64,000 nt of DNA, taken from assembly GCA_964291415.2 (NCBI GenBank), contig OZ219918.1, forward strand, positions 640,001 to 704,000, given 5' to 3'. Made by a program: the position numbers and the translations under genes. The notes under the pieces are model-generated. The model had not been told where the DNA came from and searched no databases. It was given only the letters and a program-made list of their open reading frames with translations. This stretch comes from Alphaproteobacteria bacterium (GTDB lineage Bacteria; Pseudomonadota; Alphaproteobacteria; SP197). This document shows positions 20,724-30,055 of this stretch, one piece after another. Each line of letters starts with the position of its first letter. Positions within the stretch are counted from its first letter, which is position 1.

Positions 20724-21659
20724 TCATGTGGCGAGAATGGCTCTCGCCCGATCGCAGTCCTCGGCGATCTTGCGGGCCAGGTCCTCGGCGCTGTCAAAGG
20801 TCATGTCCTTACGCACGCGCGCCGCGAACGCGACCCTCATGCGCTGGCCGTAGAGGTCACCGGCAAAATCGAAGAGGTGAACCTCCAGAACCATCGTCGT
20901 GCCCTTGAATGTCGGACGGGTGCCGATGTAGGCGGCGCCGTCATGCCACGTTGCGGAGGCGCCATGACCGAGCCCGGCCCGTACCGCGTAGATGCCCGGC
21001 GCCGGATGAAGGACACCGTCAAGCGGCAGGTTGGCGGTCGGAAACCCCATTTCGCGGCCCCGCCTGTCCCCGGTCCGCACCCTCTCCTCGAACTCCCACG
21101 GCCGCCCGAGTCGTTCGGCCGCCTGTTCGACCTGTCCGCGGCGCACGAAGAGGCGGATGTCGGTCGAGGACACTCCCTTGCTGCCGAGAGCAAATCCGGG
21201 CACCTCGGTGTAGCCGAACCCCTCCCGCTCGGCCATGCGGGACAGAATGTGGGTGTTGCCGTGGCGATTCTTGCCGAACACGAAACCGGGGCCGGTCAGG
21301 ACGTGGTGGATATCCAGTCCGCCGACCAGGACGTCGACGACGAAATCCTGCGCCGTCAGCGCCGCCATCTCCGGCCCGAAGGCGAGGTTGACCATGAGGT
21401 CGACGCCGGTGTCAGCCAGCACCCGGCACTTCTGGCGGAAGGTCGTGAGGCGGAAGGGTGCCCCGGATCCGTGAAAGAAGCTGCGGGGATGCGGCTCGAA
21501 CGTGAGAACACCCGCCGGCTGACCTGCATCACGGGCGAGATCGACAGCCCTCGCGATCACGCTGTTGTGACCCAGGTGGAGACCATCGAAGTTGCCCAGC
21601 GCGATTACCGGGCGGGCGAGTTCGGAAGGCAGCGGTCCAGGATGACGAAAAATCCGCAT
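20724..21659 (-). CDS. ribF: Bifunctional riboflavin kinase/FAD synthetase
   Basis: GNFDGLHLGH, TFEPHP, GFPTAN and EVHLFDF motifs. Confidence 0.96.
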   Translation of the reverse strand: MRIFRHPGPLPSELARPVIALGNFDGLHLGHNSVIARAVDLARDAGQPAGVLTFEPHPRSFFHGSGAPFRLTTFRQKCRVLADTGVDLMVNLAFGPEMAALTAQDFVVDVLVGGLDIHHVLTGPGFVFGKNRHGNTHILSRMAEREGFGYTEVPGFALGSKGVSSTDIRLFVRRGQVEQAAERLGRPWEFEERVRTGDRRGREMGFPTANLPLDGVLHPAPGIYAVRAGLGHGASATWHDGAAYIGTRPTFKGTTMVLEVHLFDFAGDLYGQRMRVAFAARVRKDMTFDSAEDLARKIAEDCDRARAILAT

Positions 21660-21683
21660 GAACGCCCCATGTCTGCCCGGGTC

Positions 21684-22117
21684 TCACTCCTCGCGGTCGG
21701 GCACCATGACAAGTGCTTCACCCTCAATGACCGTCGTTTCGCCCACCGTACACACGGTATCGAGCGTCAGGCGGCGCTTCTCTTCGTCAATGGAGCGCAC
21801 GGTTACCGTCGCGCACACGGTATCGCCGACTCTCACAGGAGCACGGAACCTCAAGGTCTGGCCCATGTAGATCGATCCGGGTCCGGGAAGCCTGGTCCCG
21901 ATGACGGCGGAAATGTAACTCGCCGACAGCATGCCATGGGTGATGCGTCCCTTGAACATGGTGGCCGCGGCCCATTCATCGTCAAAGTGAACAGGGTTGT
22001 CATCGCCCGACACGTCCGCGAAACGTTCGATATCCGCTTCTGTGATCGTCGCTCGTAGTGGTCTGTCTGCCCGATATGGATATCCGAAAGGGTGATCGCG
22101 GAAGGAGGAGGGGACAT
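21684..22117 (-). pseudogene. MaoC/PhaJ-like (R)-enoyl-CoA hydratase with a 1-nt frameshift near 22050
   Basis: The N-terminus MSPPPSAITLSDIHIGQTDHYER is in one frame; TITEADIERFADVSGDDNPVH...HGML...PGPG continues in another. The span is 434 nt, one base short of a whole number of codons. Confidence 0.75.
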
Positions 22118-22209
22118 GAAGGGCAGCTCCCAGGCCGGTCATTGTGCGATGCACAATACCGCCGGTCACGAGCGGCGCAAGCGCAATCTGACGACGCCCA
22201 CCGGCGAAC

Positions 22210-23226
22210 TCACGGGCGCCTGCGGGATCGGCGGATTCGCCGCTTGCCAGGCGCCGGCGCCACACGGGCGAGACCGAGGGCCGCTTCAATGTCCGCAAGC
22301 TCCGGCGCCGGTCCCGGGTCGTAGCCCTGGAGAGATTCACGGATGGCGGTGATGTGGTTGGGTGCCGAACCGCAGCAACCGCCGACAATCGAGGCACCGG
22401 CGTCCCGCGCCAGGCGGGCGTAGGTTCCCATGAGTTCCGGAGTCCCGGAGTAGCGGATCGCACCGTCCACGTACTCCGGAAGGCCGCAATTGGCCTTGGC
22501 GACAAGGGGCAGGCGGCAGGTCGTCGAAGCGTTCATGGCGGCGACAGCGGCAACGAGTTCGCCAAAGCCATTGCCGCAATTGGCGCCGAACCCCGCCAGT
22601 GGAGCTGCAGCAAAGTGATCCGCTGCCTGTTCGGGCGTCACGCCCATCATCGTCCGTCCGTTGGTGTCGAACGTCATGGTGCAGACGAGGGGCAGGCCCG
22701 CCGGGGCCGCGCCCTCGATGGCCGCCTCGGCTTCCTCGATGGAGGAGATCGTCTCGATCCAGATCACGTCGACACCTCCCGAGGCGAGTCCCAGGGCCTG
22801 TTCACGGAAGGCCCGGACCGCATCCTCGTGTGTGAGGTCGCCGACGGGCTGCATGATGTCGCCGGTCGGACCCATGGACCCTGCGACCAGGACGTTGCGC
22901 TCTGCCCGGTCGGCCACCGCCCGGGCCAGCCTTGCGGCTTCCCGGTTGAGTTCGCGGACCCGGTCTGAGGCGCCGTGCAGTTTCAGCCGGTTGGCGGTTC
23001 CACCGAAGCTGTTGGTGAGGATGATATCGGCGCCGGCCATGACCATGGCCTCGTGATTGGCCATGACGCCATCAGGGTTGTCGACGTTCAGGAGCTCCGG
23101 CGAACTTCCCGACTCGAGACCGGCGGAGAAGAGATTGGTTGCGGTGGCGCCGTCAGCGACAAGCACGCCCCTCGTCGAGAGGAGGTACCTGAATCGTTCT
23201 GTGTGAGGCAATGCGTGGAAGTCCAA
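22210..23226 (-). CDS. bmt: Homocysteine S-methyltransferase (betaine-homocysteine methyltransferase / stand-alone MetH Hcy-binding domain)
   Basis: DGATATNL, TNSFG, GSMGPTG, GANCG and GGCCG Zn motifs. Start approximate. Confidence 0.85.
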   Translation of the reverse strand: MDFHALPHTERFRYLLSTRGVLVADGATATNLFSAGLESGSSPELLNVDNPDGVMANHEAMVMAGADIILTNSFGGTANRLKLHGASDRVRELNREAARLARAVADRAERNVLVAGSMGPTGDIMQPVGDLTHEDAVRAFREQALGLASGGVDVIWIETISSIEEAEAAIEGAAPAGLPLVCTMTFDTNGRTMMGVTPEQAADHFAAAPLAGFGANCGNGFGELVAAVAAMNASTTCRLPLVAKANCGLPEYVDGAIRYSGTPELMGTYARLARDAGASIVGGCCGSAPNHITAIRESLQGYDPGPAPELADIEAALGLARVAPAPGKRRIRRSRRRP

Positions 23227-23295
23227 GACTCCGTTACGCCCGCTGACATCCCTGGATTGTGTCGCACGGCATCGCTGCCATGCAAGGACAGTCCT

Positions 23296-23349
23296 GGCGG
23301 GAGCGGCGTGACAGGCACCTTGCGTGCTTCGGTCACGCCACTCCCGCCC
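23296..23349 (-). other. Long GC-rich hairpin between the small ORF and bmt
   Basis: GGCGGGAGCGGCGTGAC ... GTCACGCCACTCCCGCC forms a 17-bp stem; its single mismatch is a G-U pair on the minus strand. Confidence 0.6.
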
Positions 23350-23371
23350 GGGTGATGTTCCCGTCCGTCCA

Positions 23372-23494
23372 TCATGCCAGCGGAATGAGCGGCTTGAGCG
23401 CGTTGATCCGGCTGACGAACGACGGGGATACCTGACGCCGGGTACGGATCGTGTCACGGCGGGGGGTATCATGAAGGAATTTTCTGAAAAGCAT
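23372..23494 (-). CDS. Small Arg-rich protein, 40 aa (copy 1)
   Basis: MLFRKFLHDTPRRDTIRTRRQVSPSFVSRINALKPLIPLA with GGGAG RBS; same length as the paralog at 23844-23966. Confidence 0.55.
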   Translation of the reverse strand: MLFRKFLHDTPRRDTIRTRRQVSPSFVSRINALKPLIPLA

Positions 23495-23610
23495 GGCAAT
23501 TCTCCCTGTCAAGATGTTTCGGAACCATGCCTGTTCCTGCTTGTAATCTGGGGTTTTCCGTGGCATTTGACCAGCGACGATTATTCACGTCAGGCATGAG
23601 AGAAACTCAT

Positions 23611-23745
23611 ATGCCATCGAGCCGTCACCCACTGTACGACGCCCTGAAGACCTTCGAGGCTGCCGGTCTGCACTTCTCTTTCACCCGAGCGGGGGGATGC
23701 GGCCCGACCCGGGCCGCCATCAGTCATCAGGTGGGAAACTCAAGG
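23611..23745 (+). pseudogene. Decayed 5' fragment of the GcvA-like LysR gene (duplication remnant)
   Basis: MPSSRHPLYDALKTFEAAGLHFSFTRA...AAISHQV, collinear with the start of the gene at 24086. Confidence 0.8.
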
Positions 23746-23843
23746 AGTGTGCGGGCACATGCCACTTCGATCGCAGGTGTCCCGTGGTCTGCAGCTCACG
23801 GGATTCCGGCGGCACGGTCTTGGAGGATTGTCCCGCCTTTCCA

Positions 23844-23966
23844 TCACCACGGGGGAATGAGCAGCTTGAGCCTGTTCATGCGGCTGGCGAACGAGGGGAG
23901 AGCCGGACGCTGGGTCCTGTCCGCGTCACGGCGGATTTCATCACGAACGGTCTTCTTGAAGAGCAT
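23844..23966 (-). CDS. Small Arg-rich protein, 40 aa (copy 2), divergent from the LysR gene
   Basis: MLFKKTVRDEIRRDADRTQRPALPSFASRMNRLKLLIPPW with GGGAG RBS. Confidence 0.55.
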   Translation of the reverse strand: MLFKKTVRDEIRRDADRTQRPALPSFASRMNRLKLLIPPW

Positions 23967-24085
23967 GGCAATTCTCCCTGTTACAGACGTTTCGGAACCA
24001 TGCCCTGTTCCGGCTTGCAGCCTGAGGCGTGCCGAAGACACATGACCAGCGACGATTGCTCGCCCCAGCCATGAAGGAAACACAT

Positions 24086-24997
24086 ATGTCATCGCGCCGT
24101 CTGCCGCCGCTCAATGCCCTGAGGGCCTTCGAGGCTGCCGCCCGTCACCTCTCCTTTACCCGCGCGGCGGAGGAGCTCAGCGTGACCCAGGCCGCCATCA
24201 GTCACCAGGTGAGGAAACTCGAGGAACGTCTGGGCACGCGTCTCTTCGAGCGCCATGGACGAGGCCTTGAGCTCACGGACACGGGCGGCATGTATCTCCC
24301 GTTCCTGCGCCAGGCCTTCGACATCATTGCCGACGGCACCAACCTCATCATCAGTCAGGACACCCATGGTCCGCTGTCTGTCACCATGCTGGCGACCTTC
24401 GCCGTCAGGTGGTTCATTCCCCGGCTGCGGGAGTTTCACCGGCTTCACCCTGATGTCGAGGTTCGCATGGTGACCACGGATCGCATGGTCGATTTCTTCC
24501 GCGAGGACATCGATTGCGGCATTCGCTACGGCACCGGTTCCTGGCAGGGTCTGGACGCGGTGAAGCTCTTCGAAGACCGCTATGTTGCGGTGTGCAGTCC
24601 CGATCTCCTCTCCGGCGAAGAGCCACTGGCGGCGCCAGCCGATCTCCGCCATCACACGCTTCTTCACGAACAGGATGACGAGGACTGGCGCTACTGGCTT
24701 GCCGCACTTCATGTCGAGGGTGTCGACAGCGCGGGAGGAATGATATTCGAAAGCAGTGACCTTGCGCTCGAGGCTGCCGCCGCGGGGCTCGGTGTGGCCC
24801 TTGGCAGCCGGATTGTCGTGCAGGGGGATGTCGACGACGGCCGGCTCGTCATGCCCTTTGGCGATCTGACAGACGAGGACCTCGCCTACTGGCTCGTCTA
24901 TCCCAGGGGCAGTGCGCGGAAGCCGAACGTCAGCGCCTTTCGCGACTGGCTCATCGAGGCGGCACGGCAGGCCGATGATGCCATCCACCGGTTGTGA
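24086..24997 (+). CDS. LysR-family regulator, GcvA-like
   Basis: RLPPLNALRAFEAAARHLSFTRAAEELSVTQAAISHQV HTH; IRYG.G.W motif. Confidence 0.92.
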   Translation: MSSRRLPPLNALRAFEAAARHLSFTRAAEELSVTQAAISHQVRKLEERLGTRLFERHGRGLELTDTGGMYLPFLRQAFDIIADGTNLIISQDTHGPLSVTMLATFAVRWFIPRLREFHRLHPDVEVRMVTTDRMVDFFREDIDCGIRYGTGSWQGLDAVKLFEDRYVAVCSPDLLSGEEPLAAPADLRHHTLLHEQDDEDWRYWLAALHVEGVDSAGGMIFESSDLALEAAAAGLGVALGSRIVVQGDVDDGRLVMPFGDLTDEDLAYWLVYPRGSARKPNVSAFRDWLIEAARQADDAIHRL

Positions 24998-25065
24998 TCG
25001 GTGCGGGCGCGAGTATCATGGGCGCGATTCCTTGAGGATTCCGGTCAGTGATGGGGAGCCGTGTC

Positions 25066-25227
25066 ATGCGTAAGCTGGTTGATCTGGTTCGCGAAGAAGC
25101 CGGCCTCGTCAGGACCGAGCGCGCCCTCCTGGCGGGAACATTCGTCATGGGCCTCCTCATCGTCCTGCTGCTGCTTGGTGTCGACATTGCCAGCTGGTTC
25201 GGCATCGAGCCTCCCGCTCCCGAATAG
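25066..25227 (+). CDS. Flp/Fap-like type IVb prepilin (atypical), 53 aa
   Basis: Manual translation MRKLVDLVREEAG|LVRTERALLAGTFVMGLLIVLLLLGVDIASWFGIEPPAPE; G(-1), E(+5), hydrophobic helix, GGGGAG RBS. Below the ORF-track cutoff. Confidence 0.55.
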   Translation: MRKLVDLVREEAGLVRTERALLAGTFVMGLLIVLLLLGVDIASWFGIEPPAPE

Positions 25228-25272
25228 GGCGTCCATCCCGGCGGATGCAATTCTCCCGGGAGGAAGTCAGCG

Positions 25273-26322
25273 ATGACGGCGAACGACAAGCTCAAGGCCG
25301 TGGTGCTTGGCGCCAGCGGCTACACGGGTGCGGAACTCCTGCGTCTCGTGGCCACACACGGTGGCATCGAGATCGTTGCGCTGACCGCAGCGAGACGAGC
25401 CGGTTCGCCGCTGGGTGACGTCCACCCCCATCTTGACGGTCTCATGCTGCCGGACCTCGTGGCGGTCGATGACGTCGACTGGTCGGTGGTCGATGCCGTC
25501 TTCAGCTGTCTTCCCCATGGCACGGCGCAGGCCACCATCGCAAGCCTCCCCGGACATCTGAAGGTGGTCGATTTGTCCGCCGATTACCGACTTGGCGATC
25601 CGCGCGTCTACGCCGAATGGTACGGCAAGGAGCACGTGGCTCCCGGCCTTCAGCGAGATGCCGTCTACGGGCTGACCGAGATCAGGCGCGACGAGGTTGC
25701 CGCGGCGCGGCTGGTCGCCAACCCCGGCTGCTACACCACGACCGCGGAACTGGCACTCGTTCCCTGCCTTGAAGAAGGGCTGATTGACACGTCAGGAATC
25801 GTGATCGATGCCAAGTCCGGCGTCAGCGGTGCTGGCAGGGAAGCCCGGGAATCCAGTCTTCATACCGAGGTATCGGAGGGTTTCCGGGCCTACGGGATTG
25901 CCGGCCACCGGCATGCTCCCGAGATCGACCAGGAGCTGTCACGGGCCGCTGGCGAGACCGTGACCTGCACCTTCACGCCGCACCTCGTGCCGATGAACCG
26001 GGGCATCCTGGCGACGATCTACGTGTCGCTGAAGCCGGGAGTCGTGCACCAGGACTTGCGCGACGCCCTTGCCCGACGCTACCGGGACGCACCCTTCGTC
26101 CGTCTGACCCGGGAAGGAAGAGCTCCGTCGACTCAGGACGTGAGGGGTTCGAACCTGTGCCTCATCGGGATCTTCGCGGACCGCGTTCCCGGACGCGCCA
26201 TTCTCGTGTCGGCCCTCGACAACCTGGTCAAGGGCGCATCGGGACAGGCGCTCCAGAACATGAACGTCATGACCGGCCAGGATGAGACCCGGGGCCTTCC
26301 GCGCATCGCCGTCTTCCCCTGA
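25273..26322 (+). CDS. argC: N-acetyl-gamma-glutamyl-phosphate reductase
   Basis: GASGYTGAEL, DLSADYRL, NPGCY, SGVSGAG, HRH.PE and DNLVKGASGQA motifs. Confidence 0.96.
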   Translation: MTANDKLKAVVLGASGYTGAELLRLVATHGGIEIVALTAARRAGSPLGDVHPHLDGLMLPDLVAVDDVDWSVVDAVFSCLPHGTAQATIASLPGHLKVVDLSADYRLGDPRVYAEWYGKEHVAPGLQRDAVYGLTEIRRDEVAAARLVANPGCYTTTAELALVPCLEEGLIDTSGIVIDAKSGVSGAGREARESSLHTEVSEGFRAYGIAGHRHAPEIDQELSRAAGETVTCTFTPHLVPMNRGILATIYVSLKPGVVHQDLRDALARRYRDAPFVRLTREGRAPSTQDVRGSNLCLIGIFADRVPGRAILVSALDNLVKGASGQALQNMNVMTGQDETRGLPRIAVFP

Positions 26323-26652
26323 TTCGCCGGGGCATGAAGCCGGGAATGCATGCCATTCGACGACGAAAAGGTTGAAGGCGCCAAGGCTCGGCACGAGACA
26401 TCCAGCCAGGCGAAACTGTCGATCCGCGTGAGGTCGATGGTGCGTCCGGTGTGCGCGACGGTCTCGAGCGACCGGTGCCTGACATCCCTGCGGCGGCCCG
26501 CGTGGCCCTGCCCACGCAATACGTGGTGTCGCCGGCCAGGGAGCCGCGGCTACAGGAAAGGCTGAACTATCCGTGAGCAGCCGTGCCGGGAACCGGTGCC
26601 TGGCTTGCGTGTGACGAGTTCGCGATGCCCATGTGCCTCGCCGGACGTCCGG

Positions 26653-27741
26653 TCAGTATCCGGCCTTGACTTCCTCGTACATGTTGACGAGGCGGTCGCG
26701 CAGGGTGGTTTCGAACTCCTTCGAAGCACGGGCTCCCGCAATCATGGAGGCGGGATCGGCAAGACCCTTCTCGTCGAGAACGTCGGACGCTACCAGGTCG
26801 AACGACTTGCGGTTGGTGTGCCCGTAGCCGTAATTCTCGATCAGCCACTTGCCGGTACCGGGTGCGAGCCAGGCATCGACATAGTCATAGGCGAGCTGTT
26901 CGTCTCCCGGCGCTTCGGCCAGGCGCACAAATCCCGTGACCCAGCTGTTCACACCCTCCCTCGGCGTGAGATAGGCCACCGGGACGCCTTCCTTGAGGAG
27001 ATCGCCGTACACCTGTGGCCAGGCCCAGGCCGCCACGACCTCACCAGCGGCAATTGACTGACCGAGCTGGGTCGGATCAGACCAGTAATACCGGATGAGC
27101 CGGCGTTGCTCGGTGAGGCTCTCCCGGATCGCCTCAAACTCTGCCTCGGTGGCATTGTAGGGATCGTCAATGCCGAGGACGAGTGCGGTGGTCTTCACTG
27201 CCGACTCCATTTCGGCGTTCATGGAGAGGCGGCCTTCGTACTGCTCGTCCCAGAGCAACGACCAGCTCGGCTCGATGGCGTCGACATCGACCATGTCCGA
27301 TCGGACGATCAGTGCGTTGATGCCCCAGTCCGTGGGCACGAGATACTGCTGGTCGTCGTACTGCGCACCCGCCATGGTCGGGAATTCCGCAAAAACATCC
27401 GGCCAGTGATCAAGGCGCGAGGTGTCCCAAGGCTGCAGGAGACCTGCATCGTAGAAGCGCCTGACGTCCCAGATGTTGGGATGAACCGTGTCACAGCGAA
27501 AACCCGCCTGAATCTTGTTGAACGCTTCGTGCACGTCCGCATAGACAGCGACATCGGGTGAGCCGCCGTGTGCGTCGATGTACTCCTGGTGAAGCTCCGG
27601 GATTTCGTAACCCGTCCAGTCGAACACCAGGAGGTCGGAGGCGGCGCCTGCCGGACGCGTTCCCAGGACAACGGGGAGAACACCCGCAGCGGCCAATCCC
27701 AACGTTGTTCGGCGATCGACCGAAACTCGACTGCTTCTCAT
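26653..27741 (-). CDS. PotD/PotF-like solute-binding protein (third paralog, Tat-like RR)
   Basis: DRRTTL, FDWTGYE, PREGVNSW, and DEQLAYDYVDAWLAPGTGK shared with 9310/10492. Confidence 0.85.
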   Translation of the reverse strand: MRSSRVSVDRRTTLGLAAAGVLPVVLGTRPAGAASDLLVFDWTGYEIPELHQEYIDAHGGSPDVAVYADVHEAFNKIQAGFRCDTVHPNIWDVRRFYDAGLLQPWDTSRLDHWPDVFAEFPTMAGAQYDDQQYLVPTDWGINALIVRSDMVDVDAIEPSWSLLWDEQYEGRLSMNAEMESAVKTTALVLGIDDPYNATEAEFEAIRESLTEQRRLIRYYWSDPTQLGQSIAAGEVVAAWAWPQVYGDLLKEGVPVAYLTPREGVNSWVTGFVRLAEAPGDEQLAYDYVDAWLAPGTGKWLIENYGYGHTNRKSFDLVASDVLDEKGLADPASMIAGARASKEFETTLRDRLVNMYEEVKAGY

Positions 27742-28557
27742 TGATCCATCCTCCTATGTTGATGGGCTCTCCTTCGCATAACCACTTGTATCCGCTTCAC
27801 TGCCTTGCGGGAAGAATGTCAATCCGTGGTCCAGGTAGGAGTGCTGCGTCAAGTCCAGTCCGTCCGCGACATGCCGCTGGCCACACGGACCGGTGCGTAT
27901 GGCGTTGGGCAGCTTGAACGTGTCCTTGCCGCTACGGCCCTCAATGGTGGGCCCCGGCGCGGTCTGCTGTGCCTTCGTGACCGCGGAGGGTCGATGACAG
28001 GGGCTTCGTCGTCTGGCGCCGCGACGAGGCCTCCACGTCGGCCGATGCGGCTCTCGACGGGCTCAATGTGATCCATCCGAAAGATGACCTCGATGTCCTT
28101 GTGGCGATGGGGACTGAAGGCATCCGGCAAGGCTTGTGCTTCCACACTCTCATTCGATGATCTTGCGACCGTCTACGGGAACACCCTCAAGTCCAACTTT
28201 GGCGGAGCAGTGTCCCTCGGAGTCCCTATGCGGACCACACCGCTCAGGCCGGCGCAACGTACCCGCGGGGATCAACGCGACACTTCATCATGAGCAAGAC
28301 CGCTGTCCCGGGGGTGAACGCTGACGGGGCTCAGCATCGGTCCGGCTGACCTCTTGCTTGCCGGCAGGATCCGCGTTACCGAGGCAGGCACCACCATCGG
28401 CGTTCACGTCGCAGGGACTGTCTGCGAGGCCGGAGTCAGCCCGAAGATCTTCGCCCTGGCCTGTGAACCGAGCGCCAACGACCTGAGCACGCTTCGCGTG
28501 GGGCTTGCCGTGTTGCCATGGGACCACGAAGGCGCGGATGAACAGGAACAGGATGCC

Positions 28558-29718
28558 ATGAGGATCGCTGCCGTCGAGACATTCGCGCTCCACCACACGA
28601 TGCCCTACACATTGGCATTTGCGCGCGGAAGCTATTCGGAACGCGAGGCGTTGCTGGTCAAGATCACCACCGACGACGGAATTGTCGGCTGGGGGGAGTC
28701 GGCACTGTGGGGCGGTCCCTCGTCGGTGTCGCAGATCGTCATCGAAGAGGAGATCTTTCCGCTGATCGAAGGCGAGAGTCCGCTGCGACCCGAGTATGTC
28801 TGGGAAAAAGTCTACCAGGAGACCTACTACCACGGCCGCAAAGGCGTTCTTCTGGCTTGCCTTTCCGGGGTGGATATCGCCGTCTGGGACATATTCGGCA
28901 AGGTTGCGGGCAAGCCGCTCTGGCAGATATTCGGCGGTTTCGGCCGACCGGTCGAAAGCTACGCGAGCAGCGGCTACTACCGCGCAGACCGGACGATGGA
29001 CGATTTCGCGAACGAAATCTCCGGTTGGATCGCGCGGGGTTTCAAAGGCTACAAGATGAAGATTGGCAACACATCCGAGGTGATCCATGCAGGGGTGACC
29101 GGCGAGATACCGTTGCGCCGGAGCTTCGAGGATGACATCGCGCGGATTGCCGCTGCGCGTGCCGCCGCAGGCGAAGGGCGACTGTTTGTCGATGCCAATG
29201 CCTCACTCGACGCCGCACAGGCGATGCGCTATGCCGACCGTCTGGAAGCCTTGGACGTTGGCTGGTTCGAGGAGCCGGTGCAGCCCGAGAACATCGCCGG
29301 GGCCGTGAAGGTCGCTCAGCGGACGCGGATCCCGATCGCAGGCTTCGAGACTGAGACAAACAAGTTTACCTTCAAGCACCTGATGGACGCCGGTGCGATG
29401 CAGATCGTTCAGCCCGATGTCGTCCAGGTGGGAGGACTGACGGAGGCTCGCAAGATTGCGGCCTACGCACAGATGTGCCATCTCCCTTTCACGTCAAAGA
29501 ACTACTCGACCGTCATCAGCCAGGCTGCGGCACTGTCGCTACTCTACGCGATTCCGAACGGGCGCTGGTTCGAGCGCGAAGTCGACCCGCTACCGTGGCG
29601 CGACGAGATCGTCACGCAACCGGCGATCATCATCGACCAGGGATTTGCCATGCCGTCGCGTGCGCCAGGTCTTGGCGTCGAGATCGACGAAGCTGCGCTT
29701 GCGCGCTGGATCCGGTAA
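28558..29718 (+). CDS. Mandelate racemase/muconate lactonizing enzyme family (enolase superfamily)
   Basis: SGVDIAVWDIFGK, KMKIG, VDAN, WFEEP and QPDV motifs. Confidence 0.9.
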   Translation: MRIAAVETFALHHTMPYTLAFARGSYSEREALLVKITTDDGIVGWGESALWGGPSSVSQIVIEEEIFPLIEGESPLRPEYVWEKVYQETYYHGRKGVLLACLSGVDIAVWDIFGKVAGKPLWQIFGGFGRPVESYASSGYYRADRTMDDFANEISGWIARGFKGYKMKIGNTSEVIHAGVTGEIPLRRSFEDDIARIAAARAAAGEGRLFVDANASLDAAQAMRYADRLEALDVGWFEEPVQPENIAGAVKVAQRTRIPIAGFETETNKFTFKHLMDAGAMQIVQPDVVQVGGLTEARKIAAYAQMCHLPFTSKNYSTVISQAAALSLLYAIPNGRWFEREVDPLPWRDEIVTQPAIIIDQGFAMPSRAPGLGVEIDEAALARWIR

Positions 29719-30055
29719 TCGTCAGACCTGTCGAAACGATCGCATGACCGTTGTCCGGACCCTTCCCGGCACGGACTCGCGGTTGCCGCACTCCGACATT
29801 CGAATGTGTCGCGATGACGCCACCACGAGATCGTCCACGCTGGTGCCGGCGGACTGATTGCCCGCCTCGCCGCGCGCCGCAGCGTCAGGTACACGTCCGC
29901 AGCGGATGCCCTGCGCGTCGACGAGACGAGCGCGGAAGTACTGCGTGTGAACTCGGTGTGCAGAAATCGCTACGTGCTGCCACCGCAACGGCCAAAGTCT
30001 GTGGCGACCCGGGACTTCGACGTCACCATACCCGCGGTAACCGGGAAACAGGGGT

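Noticed and set aside
23296-23349. SAM/SAH or cobalamin riboswitch upstream of bmt
   Set aside because: Only a short CCTGTCAC resemblance; the conserved cores of these riboswitches are not recognisable.
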